Below are positions 8,325-16,683 of a stretch of 64,000 bases of DNA, piece after piece. A program made the translations under genes and the position numbers. The notes under the pieces were generated by a model. That model made no database searches. It was not told the DNA's origin and saw only the letters and a program-made list of their open reading frames with translations. Source of the DNA: Alphaproteobacteria bacterium (GTDB lineage Bacteria > Pseudomonadota > Alphaproteobacteria > Micavibrionales > Micavibrionaceae); the NCBI GenBank assembly GCA_021776025.1, contig JAJFGR010000011.1:2631-66630 (forward strand). Reading direction: 5' to 3'. Positions within the stretch are counted from its first letter, which is position 1; every line of letters begins with the position of its first letter.

Positions 8325-9626
8325 ATGGAGATGAACGTCTTTTCAAATTTTCGGGGTTCAAAGTTATGCTATGGCATTTTAGCGATCGCGGCTCTTTTTA
8401 TGACGGCAACAACGACACACGCAGGGTTTGAATGGGTTCCTGCGGACCCGAAAGCCTCCCCGCCCGTTCCTGTTGAAGCACTACCGACGACACCACCGGC
8501 TCAAGATTTGTTAATGCATGAACCACAGCCGCTTAGCCCTTTGCCACCGCTTGATATGGAAGAGCCTAAAAAAGCTGCTATGCCAAAAATTGAACGGCAG
8601 CCCCAGCCTGTGATAAAAATTAAAAAAATGACACCGCTGCCTGCACCGGAACAGAGCGAAGCTGAACACAAACCTGTTACGGCTGAAACACTTATGGACA
8701 CAGAAGCCTTAAAGCTTCCGCCTACTACGCATGTAATTATGCCGGAAGATGCGCCAAACTCAGCGCGCACGGTGCCAGAGGCCGAGATTTTAGAGATTAA
8801 CCCTAGTCCAAAACCTTTACCAGATGGCGGTGACAATACTTTACCTATTATGCCTCTGGCAGACGCCCTTGCACCTACAGAAAGCATTCAGGATGCCGTT
8901 GGTTTCGGCACGGATATACCACTAGCGCTGGCCTTGCAACAAATTGCGCCAGCAGGTTATGCTTTTTCATTCGGTAAAGATATTAACCCGGGGGCAAAGG
9001 TTTCGTGGACTGGCGGAAAAGCTTGGACGGAAGTGCTGCGTGATATGATTGCGCCGCTTGCGTTGCAGGCCAGTGTCCGCGGTAAAGCCATCTTGATTCA
9101 TCATGAGAAGCAATCCGCTGCTGTTTTACCCCCTGCTGATATGATCATAGTCGAGCCCAGCTCCGGCGATGAAACAGCCATCGAACCACCTATTGCTTTA
9201 GAACAAGAGAGCATGCCTAAAATTCGCAGAAATACTATTAAGGACCCAGGCGCGGCGGCGCAGGAGCAGCCTCAGGAAGCCTTAAGCACTATCGAAAGGC
9301 TTCCCCCTACTGAAACCGTAATGTTTGAACCCCGTTTAGCGGCGGCGCAAGCCAGTGTTTGGGAAGCGGAAAAAGGTGATAGTCTTAAACAAACGCTCAG
9401 CAAGTGGAGTAAAAAGGGGGGGTTTGAGATGGAATGGCGCGCGGTACACGACTACACACTAACCTCTGACATTCTGGTTGGCGGTAGCTTTGATAAAGCG
9501 CTAAAGACACTTCTCGTCAATGGCGTTGATGTGCAAAAAGGCCCGTCGCTTACCTATGTGAATGATTCAAAAAAGCCCAGCAGTGCAAAACTTATTATTG
9601 AAGACCGCAAGGATTCCGCATCTTAG
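8325..9626 (+). CDS. secreted Pro-rich protein with a C-terminal TcpQ/PilL-like domain
   Basis: 433 aa. A signal peptide (…ILAIAALFMTATTTHAG) is followed by a ~150-aa Pro-rich linker. A central beta-type module reads VGFGTDIPLALALQQIAPAGYAFSF. The C-terminus VWEAEKGDSLKQTLSKWSKKGGFEMEWRAVHDYTLTSDILVGGSFDKALKTLL matches the TcpQ-like pattern. Confidence 0.5.
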   Translation: MEMNVFSNFRGSKLCYGILAIAALFMTATTTHAGFEWVPADPKASPPVPVEALPTTPPAQDLLMHEPQPLSPLPPLDMEEPKKAAMPKIERQPQPVIKIKKMTPLPAPEQSEAEHKPVTAETLMDTEALKLPPTTHVIMPEDAPNSARTVPEAEILEINPSPKPLPDGGDNTLPIMPLADALAPTESIQDAVGFGTDIPLALALQQIAPAGYAFSFGKDINPGAKVSWTGGKAWTEVLRDMIAPLALQASVRGKAILIHHEKQSAAVLPPADMIIVEPSSGDETAIEPPIALEQESMPKIRRNTIKDPGAAAQEQPQEALSTIERLPPTETVMFEPRLAAAQASVWEAEKGDSLKQTLSKWSKKGGFEMEWRAVHDYTLTSDILVGGSFDKALKTLLVNGVDVQKGPSLTYVNDSKKPSSAKLIIEDRKDSAS

Positions 9627-9657
9627 AGCGACTTAATTAGGACCCGCGTGAGGCGAA

Positions 9658-10869
9658 TTAAAGAAAATTCACCAAGCTAAGCTGTGAGACACTTGCAGTT
9701 ACGCGGTATGAGGCCTCGAGCTGAACTTGCAGGGTATTAATCTTAATCGCAACATCATTAATATCCGCATTCTCAACTTCATCAATTGTGTTTAAAAGGA
9801 TGTTTTGATCTCTTTCATAAGAGATTTTTATTCCGTCAATGCGGGCCCGGGCATTTTCAAGACGGAAACGGACCGTATCAAGGCCATCAATTGCATTACT
9901 GACAGAGCTGCTCAGTTCATTAAAAACTTGGAAGAAGTTATCCTTCATTTCCTGTAGTGTCGCGCCAGGAGCACCGTCAGCCAATGTTGGATCGCCGGCT
10001 GTATACGGCTCTGCATAAACATCGGCGATAGGAATAAGATTCTCATTTGTGATAAAAGATGCGGCGACCAGAATATCGCGAAACGGCTCTTCATTTGCCT
10101 GCGCAGTGTAGTCGATCTCAACAGTATCATCCACGCGAATGAAGACATCGCCGACATTTCCTGCGCTCAAAGCTGCAGAATAACCAACGATGGTATCAGT
10201 AATAGCATTTGGGTCTTGCGCTATATCTCTGCTTGTTAGTGCGCTAACCAACTCCGCGCTTGTTAAATTGGTGGCGGCCGGAAGGGTTTCGTCTTTCCAG
10301 TTTGTAATAAGTGTGGAAAGCGCGGCATCCAAAGTGCCATTATCATCATATGGCTGAGTTAAGGTATCAGAACCGCCGAGAAGATATCTGTCACCTTCTT
10401 GAACATTCAACAAGTCACCCATAAATGTGAACAAATTGCCGGCTAAATCTCTCAAGGTTTGTAGATCAACGTCCGGATCTGCCGAGTTATGACCGATCTG
10501 AGTCGTTTCAATGGCCGGCGTGAGCGGATCATCATAGACAATTACATCGCCTTTCTGATGCACACTTTCTTGCGAGAACTGGACAAGCGCGTTGGAAAAA
10601 TTTTCCGCTTGCTGCTGAAATTCTTCAATCGCTGTAAGCATTTGTTTAATTCGTCGCTCTCCGTTCTTAATGTTATCAATATATTTATCAAGCGATTGAA
10701 AATCGGCGCGCGCGCGTTTTGAAGTGAGAATGTCATTATTCAAACCGGCGAAGCTTTGGGTTTTTTTTCCTGTCGCAAGTTGCGTAGTCAGCGAATTTAA
10801 AAGCTGGTTTTGATTGTTCAGCAAATTAATGCGCGATAACGCCTGACCCAATGATGAAATGCCTGTCAT
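9658..10869 (-). CDS. flgL: flagellar hook-associated protein 3 (FlgL)
   Basis: 403 aa. The flagellin-type N-terminus (LLNNQNQLLNSLTTQLATGKK) and C-terminus (LEASYRVTASVSQLSLVNFL) are present. It starts 33 nt downstream of flgK. Confidence 0.85.
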   Translation of the reverse strand: MTGISSLGQALSRINLLNNQNQLLNSLTTQLATGKKTQSFAGLNNDILTSKRARADFQSLDKYIDNIKNGERRIKQMLTAIEEFQQQAENFSNALVQFSQESVHQKGDVIVYDDPLTPAIETTQIGHNSADPDVDLQTLRDLAGNLFTFMGDLLNVQEGDRYLLGGSDTLTQPYDDNGTLDAALSTLITNWKDETLPAATNLTSAELVSALTSRDIAQDPNAITDTIVGYSAALSAGNVGDVFIRVDDTVEIDYTAQANEEPFRDILVAASFITNENLIPIADVYAEPYTAGDPTLADGAPGATLQEMKDNFFQVFNELSSSVSNAIDGLDTVRFRLENARARIDGIKISYERDQNILLNTIDEVENADINDVAIKINTLQVQLEASYRVTASVSQLSLVNFL

Positions 10870-10902
10870 GATCTTCTCCTATTCATAAAATTCTTACAGC
10901 CT

Positions 10903-13323
10903 CTAGCGCACAGCATTTAAAAGCTCCTGAAATAACTCATCAACGGCTGTTAAAACTCTTGCAGAGGCGCTATAGGCGGTCTGTACAATAATTAAATGGC
11001 CAAGTTCTTCATCGAGGTTAACGCCCGATTCATTAAGAATTTGTGTTTGCAGCGCCTCCTGTAATGAAAATTCGTCGATAGTCCGCGCTTCCATAAGAAT
11101 GGCTTCTTGAGAATGCTCGTTGATCATTTTTTGTGAGAAATCAAGGATTGTGAGTGAGCCTAATATCCGTGTCGATATATCCGCATTAGGGCCAAGGTTG
11201 TTTTCTCTGAATGAAAGTGTCGGGATTGGGGGCGCTAGTGATGCATCAGTTTCCGAGCCATAGTTAAAACTATTTATCGGCGAAGAATCAATGATTGCAG
11301 CGCCGGACACTGCGTAGGTTCCGAACATGGCCGAAACAATATTGGCGCCGTCATCAATTGCGGCTCTGGCCGTTAGCGCAGGTGGCGCGCCGTAGCCAGC
11401 TGCGCTGGTATCAAAAGGTCCACCTGTAAATTTTATGTCGCCACCAAAATCTGGGTTATCAAAATTTGTGCCCGGACGAATACGCAAAATTCCATCCAGA
11501 GCAAAATTCACCGTATCCACAGCCAAGCCCGGAACAGCCTGAAGCTTGGCGATAAGCTCAAGATCGGTATCGCCGGGCTCCAGCGTTATACGCACGGCTT
11601 CCGCGTTCCCAACCTGCACGTCGAAATATGGATCTGTTGGCGCGATGGGCGCGCCGGCGTTATCGCTTAAACCAAAAAAGACCAAGCCTGCATCACCAAT
11701 TGACGTTGGGCCCGCGTTGGCATCAATTTCATATGATCCGCGCGTGTTAATAACCAGCTCCCCATTTGTTCCAACACTGGCCACAGCGGCTAAACCAGCG
11801 GGAACACCGGCCAAAGCAATCTCGTTGTTAATATGCGCAACAAGCTGATCAGCGGCTGTTGCCCCTGCAAAACCGTTGGCAATACTCAAATCAACCGTAA
11901 CCGTTGTTGGACCCAGGCCGGTGCGGGGCTCTTCGAAGATGATATGAAAAATATCATTGGGATTGTCCAGAGCTCCATTCGCTGATGTTACTAGAGCCGC
12001 AACATTGGCAAATGGCGTAAGATCACGCCCGCCTGTCATTGTATTTGATGAAACCAGCCCCAGCCATTCCTGCAGGTCCAAACCGCCTGTGTTCAGCAAA
12101 TCGACCTGCGTTGTTATGTCTGTGTTTTCAGCCTGTTCGAAATCTACGGCCCCAAAACCAAACTCGAGGATGCGGCGAACAACTTCATTGGAGCCAGTCG
12201 CAAGCGATGCTCCATATGTCCCATCCTTAAGAAGGCTTGGGTCATTCACGATATTGTCATTGACCTGAATGACGGCTGAAAAACCAACATATGACACGGG
12301 CGTTTCTGGAACCGTTGTCGGGTCCGGCGCTGTGTCCAACGGAATGACGCCAAAGGCGTCTGTAAATAAACGCAGACCCTGCGTTTCCATACGCAGCGCC
12401 ATTTTGTGGGCCACCTCATCAAGTTGCGCCATTTGTTTTGGAAAAGTTTCATCGCGGAGCGTTATTAATCCGCCCAGCTTACCGCCAGGTGAAAGCGTTG
12501 TTATATCTGAGGAGAATGTGGTGGTGTCATTTGGATCGCCGACAAAGACACCATTGGCAGAATCAGGATAGAAACTGGTCGCGGCAAGGGGCGTAGGATT
12601 AAACGTAAATTGCTGCGCCTTATCCGATGCGATCTCAACGCCACGGTTGGTCTGCACAACCAAAACGCCATCACCACGCTGAAAAAAACTGACCTCAATT
12701 AAACCAGATAATTCTTGAATTGCGCTATCGCGTCCATCTTCATAAAAAGCCGTTGAACGGCCCAGATTTAGATTATTCTTAACCTCATTATTCAAATCTG
12801 CAATCTGTTCCAAAAGATCATTAATGCGCGTTACGGTAGTTTGCATCTCACTTTGTGCATCATTACGAAGCGCTGAGATCAGGTCAGAGAGATCATTAAT
12901 CTTATTAGCTGTATCAGCGGCTTGGTCAATTGTAAGCGCCTGAAGGAACGCGTCTTCCGGACTGTCGGCAAGCGCTGAAAAACTACCCTGCAAACGGGCA
13001 ATTTCTGCCGCTACAGATAGCTCCTGATCTGGTGGTCCATGGAATTGGATGATTCTGTTCAGGTACGTTTGCTGTACATCCAGCTCGCCAACTGCGCTCA
13101 CCTGTGTCCAGAGATCCCGCTCCAAGTTTAAATCAACATTGCGCAAAATTGTTTCAGCGCGAACCCCGGCCGTAACACCTTGAAGTGCTTGAGCACTTTG
13201 CGGCATAATTTTCCGGGAATATCCTGGCGTACCCACATTGGCTACGTTATTGGAAATCACATCAATTTGCTGCTGCGACACGCGCAAACCGGCTAGAGCT
13301 GAGTTTAGGCTGGCGATGCCCAT
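10903..13323 (-). CDS. flgK: flagellar hook-associated protein 1 (FlgK)
   Basis: 806 aa. The N-terminus MGIASLNSALAGLRVSQQQIDVISNNVANVGTPGYSRK and the C-terminus VNLDEELGHLIIVQTAYSASARVL are canonical FlgK. Confidence 0.9.
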   Translation of the reverse strand: MGIASLNSALAGLRVSQQQIDVISNNVANVGTPGYSRKIMPQSAQALQGVTAGVRAETILRNVDLNLERDLWTQVSAVGELDVQQTYLNRIIQFHGPPDQELSVAAEIARLQGSFSALADSPEDAFLQALTIDQAADTANKINDLSDLISALRNDAQSEMQTTVTRINDLLEQIADLNNEVKNNLNLGRSTAFYEDGRDSAIQELSGLIEVSFFQRGDGVLVVQTNRGVEIASDKAQQFTFNPTPLAATSFYPDSANGVFVGDPNDTTTFSSDITTLSPGGKLGGLITLRDETFPKQMAQLDEVAHKMALRMETQGLRLFTDAFGVIPLDTAPDPTTVPETPVSYVGFSAVIQVNDNIVNDPSLLKDGTYGASLATGSNEVVRRILEFGFGAVDFEQAENTDITTQVDLLNTGGLDLQEWLGLVSSNTMTGGRDLTPFANVAALVTSANGALDNPNDIFHIIFEEPRTGLGPTTVTVDLSIANGFAGATAADQLVAHINNEIALAGVPAGLAAVASVGTNGELVINTRGSYEIDANAGPTSIGDAGLVFFGLSDNAGAPIAPTDPYFDVQVGNAEAVRITLEPGDTDLELIAKLQAVPGLAVDTVNFALDGILRIRPGTNFDNPDFGGDIKFTGGPFDTSAAGYGAPPALTARAAIDDGANIVSAMFGTYAVSGAAIIDSSPINSFNYGSETDASLAPPIPTLSFRENNLGPNADISTRILGSLTILDFSQKMINEHSQEAILMEARTIDEFSLQEALQTQILNESGVNLDEELGHLIIVQTAYSASARVLTAVDELFQELLNAVR

Positions 13324-13406
13324 AGTTTATCCTTGCTTTTATCTCTATTCATCATGTGAGCAAATCATGACAAAGGCTGTCTTTTTGCTCATTCCAAAGA
13401 TAACTA

Positions 13407-13422
13407 TGCAAGGGAAATGCCA
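13407..13422 (-). promoter_or_regulatory. sigma-54 (-24/-12) promoter upstream of flgK
   Basis: The minus strand reads TGGCAT-TTCCC-TTGCA against the consensus TGGCAC-N5-TTGCW. It lies ~84 nt upstream of the flgK ATG, in the 128-nt gap after the preceding gene. Confidence 0.6.
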
Positions 13423-13451
13423 ATTTACGGCTCATCGATAATGGTAGAATA

Positions 13452-15314
13452 TTATTCTAATTCAAGGAGTTTACCCTGAAGTATCTCAGCATCGGTAATC
13501 AGTTCTTGTTCAACCATACCAGACATGAGCATTTCACGGCGCAGCGCGGCTTCATAATGGTCGCGCTGTTGCATCAATCCGATCGCTTCAAGTGAGGCAT
13601 TGATACGGTCGACATTAACCGGCTTGTCATAAAGATTGGTGTAGAAATTCGGGTTTTGATAGAGTTTTTTTGTCAGAATGTCCATCTGCGCATAATAGCT
13701 TGGATTTTCACCGACCATCTCTTCAATATTTTCATCAATTTCTGCGGCATTGGCCCCACCAACCAGTTCACGCAGCATCGTCTTCATATACGCCCAACCA
13801 GGCTCAACATCGGCAGGCGGAGCAGGAGCCTGCGCTTTCAGGGCAATCAGCTTTGTATAAGAGTTATGTGCGAGATTATTTAAAGCCATATGCTGGCGGC
13901 TTTGTTTAAAATATTTTGCGTTTTTCTTCAGCGCGTTTTCTGACGCAAACGAAAAAGCATCGGTCCAATAAAGGTTACGGGCAAGGGCAACAACGTCGGT
14001 TTCATCATCACTCAGCTCCGCATTTGTAAAATCAACATCCAGAGTCAGGGGCAGTTCAACTGTCCGCGCGTAATCAATGTCTTTGTTCACACGCAGTTGA
14101 TCAATAGCGCCGAATGGAGGGGTTACAGGGGGTACTAGAGGGGGTAGGCCATGATCACAGAGAAGTCCCAGACCGGCGTTATTATCATTTGGGTCACAGT
14201 ATATTGTTCTAAATTGTTGCAGGCGGTTTTTGAAATCGCTTTCAGGACCTAAGGCTGTGCCCATGTTAGAGCGGTTGGATTCACTCTCCATCAAAATATC
14301 ATTGAGGACCATCTGATCATGCGCGACTTTTTCTTCAACCGTGGCAAGAGAGCGTGCAAAAGATCCAATTCGGCACATTTGGTCGCTCGGATGGTAATCC
14401 TTCACTGCCTCAGCCTTCAGCTTTTGATGAAGACGCTGAACTTCCAGCTGATCTTTGGCATCGAAAAACATTCCAACCATTGCGACCTGCTGCATGGCGA
14501 TGCCAGAGAACTGCTCCGTCATAAGCTGGAGTCCCATAACATAATTATTTACGATATTATTATTTTGAGCATTAACAGCACCTGTATTGCAGGTGCTATG
14601 GGGATAAGGCGAACAGTTGCTTTCTGTGAAGGTGTTCAAATTTGTGCCGGGAAGATCACCCCCGCCTGGCGCGGATAGCACTTTAATAACTGCCGGGCTT
14701 TGATGGTTTCTGGCATCGCTGGCAATGTCGCGGCTGTAAAAAGCAACCTGCACGGCGTTTGATTTATCGCCTGAGGGCCGCAATCCCGTTTCTTCGAAAA
14801 GGCCGGCCCAGTCTGTGCGGGTTTCAATATTTTGCCCAGAAGCACGAATTTCAATATTCGCAAAAGGCTCAGAATCCTGGCCTTTCACAGAAACAGCGCC
14901 TGTGCGCGCATCAATTTTAAGCAAAAGTGAAAGCGTGCGCTTTTCTTCACTGATTGAGAAGTCATAGATCACGTTCGAAGCAATATTTTCGAAGTCTTTC
15001 GGTACAGGAATGTTGAGATAGCCATGCTGGTCGACTACGGATGTTATCTGCGACATATCTGCGCTATCAAAAAGAATGCTGTACACAACTATGGCGCCGG
15101 GTTCAAAGCCGGAGAGCGCGGCAAAATATTTTTCCGGCGCTGTCTTTTTTTCAAACAATGATGCGTTGGCCGAATATCCGCTGAGCCCTAAAAGAAGACA
15201 AGCGCAAAACAAGCATATTGAGCCCGCGGCTAAAAGCGCGCTTTTTCTACTGTGCTTATTTCGCTTTAGAATCATAAAATTGTTCCATTTATTACTGCTG
15301 TGAGCTGAGCTCAT
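13452..15314 (-). CDS. secreted protein, paralog 3 of a three-member family of unknown function; carries an extra ~230-aa N-terminal domain
   Basis: 620 aa with a signal/anchor sequence. It shares with the two upstream genes the blocks FFDAKDQLEVQR...KDYHPS..C.IGS, FRTIYCDPNDNNAGLGLLCDH, VNKDIDYARTVE and KKLYQNPNFYTNLYDKPVNVDR. The start may be 15314 or 15275. Confidence 0.6.
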   Translation of the reverse strand: MSSAHSSNKWNNFMILKRNKHSRKSALLAAGSICLFCACLLLGLSGYSANASLFEKKTAPEKYFAALSGFEPGAIVVYSILFDSADMSQITSVVDQHGYLNIPVPKDFENIASNVIYDFSISEEKRTLSLLLKIDARTGAVSVKGQDSEPFANIEIRASGQNIETRTDWAGLFEETGLRPSGDKSNAVQVAFYSRDIASDARNHQSPAVIKVLSAPGGGDLPGTNLNTFTESNCSPYPHSTCNTGAVNAQNNNIVNNYVMGLQLMTEQFSGIAMQQVAMVGMFFDAKDQLEVQRLHQKLKAEAVKDYHPSDQMCRIGSFARSLATVEEKVAHDQMVLNDILMESESNRSNMGTALGPESDFKNRLQQFRTIYCDPNDNNAGLGLLCDHGLPPLVPPVTPPFGAIDQLRVNKDIDYARTVELPLTLDVDFTNAELSDDETDVVALARNLYWTDAFSFASENALKKNAKYFKQSRQHMALNNLAHNSYTKLIALKAQAPAPPADVEPGWAYMKTMLRELVGGANAAEIDENIEEMVGENPSYYAQMDILTKKLYQNPNFYTNLYDKPVNVDRINASLEAIGLMQQRDHYEAALRREMLMSGMVEQELITDAEILQGKLLELE

Positions 15315-16683
15315 TCTCTAGTTTTTTCTGTAGGTCGACGAGAGTAAGCTCCAATAGAACAGACATATTGGCTTCAGTGCGCAGATAACTTTTAAACAGA
15401 TCAAATTTCTGCATCAAACCGATAGCCTGCAGCGCAACTTTTTTACGCTCTACGTTGGCTGGCTTATCATAGAGGTTGGTGTAGAAGTCCGGGTTTTGAT
15501 AGATTTTTTTCGTCAAAACTTCCATTTGTGCGTGATAGCTAGGCCCGATTTCATCATTCGCATCATTCATACCCAGCAAATGCAGAACATCATTTGGCGG
15601 GCCGTTTGTGTCACTCACACCCAGCTCTGTCAAAATTGCTTCGAGAAAATCTCTAGAACCAGCTGTCCCGGCCGATTTCATAGATGTAATCGCGTTAAAA
15701 GTGTTTTCTGCGACGCTTCGTTTTGCTAGAAGCGCTCGTGAATTCATGTATAGGTCACGCGTAGCACCAAGGGAGTCGCCTGTTTCCTGCTGTCTTAAGT
15801 TTGGGTTAAATTTTGTTGCTGGCGTAATGCGCTGGAAAACAAGATCACCGTACAAATTATTTGCCAGCGCCAAAACTTCTTCTTCGTTATGCGTTAATGT
15901 TGTATCGGTAAAATCAATATCTAAAGTCCAAGGATATTCAACCGTGCGGGCGTAATCGATATCTTTGTTCACGCGATGTTGATCAATAGCGCCGAATTCA
16001 TCGCCGGGGGCTTGGTCATGATCACAGACAAGACCCAAACCGGCGTTATTATCACTTGGGTCACAAAATTTCGTTCTGAATTGTTGCAAGCGGTTTTTAA
16101 AATCCGCGTCCGGACCGGAAGCCGACGATGTATTGGCATTTCCAAGACCTCGGTCCTGAGAACGTTGGCTCATAACATGCGCGTTCAGTTCCGCTTTACG
16201 TTCTGATGCGGCTAGGCTTCTAACGCTTGTGCCGAACTCACACATGCCTGTGCTGGGGTGATAGTCTTTGTGCGCGCGCGCGCGGATTGTTTGCAGAACG
16301 CGCTGGGTTTCCATCTGGTGCTTGGCATCAAAAAATGTGCCAATTATTTCAGTTTGCATCATGGCAACAGCAGAAAGCTGATCGGCCATAAGCATCATAG
16401 CCGGGAGAAGATTATCTTCCCAAAATATAGACACAATCCAAGTTCGGTGCGCTGTGAATTCGTAGGTTACAAACTCTTTGATCAGTGTTCTTGTTTGCGG
16501 CCAGTTAACTGTAACTGAAGTTGTTACACAGGCCACACATTGAGCATACACACCACAACAACATGACGCACTGGCTTGGCGCGTGGGCACCATAAGCACG
16601 AATAAAAGCGTCACAACCCAAAATAGGGTTTTAACTTTTTGTTTTATGTTTAGCGCTGTTAACATTTTTATATCAATCATCAT
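15292..16683 (-). CDS. secreted protein, paralog 2 of the same family
   Basis: 463 aa. Signal peptide followed by a Cys cluster (SCCCGVYAQCVACV). Carries the same conserved blocks (FFDAKHQMETQR, KFCDPSDNNAGLGLVCDH, KKIYQNPDFYTNLYDKPANVER). Confidence 0.6.
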   Translation of the reverse strand: MMIDIKMLTALNIKQKVKTLFWVVTLLFVLMVPTRQASASCCCGVYAQCVACVTTSVTVNWPQTRTLIKEFVTYEFTAHRTWIVSIFWEDNLLPAMMLMADQLSAVAMMQTEIIGTFFDAKHQMETQRVLQTIRARAHKDYHPSTGMCEFGTSVRSLAASERKAELNAHVMSQRSQDRGLGNANTSSASGPDADFKNRLQQFRTKFCDPSDNNAGLGLVCDHDQAPGDEFGAIDQHRVNKDIDYARTVEYPWTLDIDFTDTTLTHNEEEVLALANNLYGDLVFQRITPATKFNPNLRQQETGDSLGATRDLYMNSRALLAKRSVAENTFNAITSMKSAGTAGSRDFLEAILTELGVSDTNGPPNDVLHLLGMNDANDEIGPSYHAQMEVLTKKIYQNPDFYTNLYDKPANVERKKVALQAIGLMQKFDLFKSYLRTEANMSVLLELTLVDLQKKLENELSSQQ

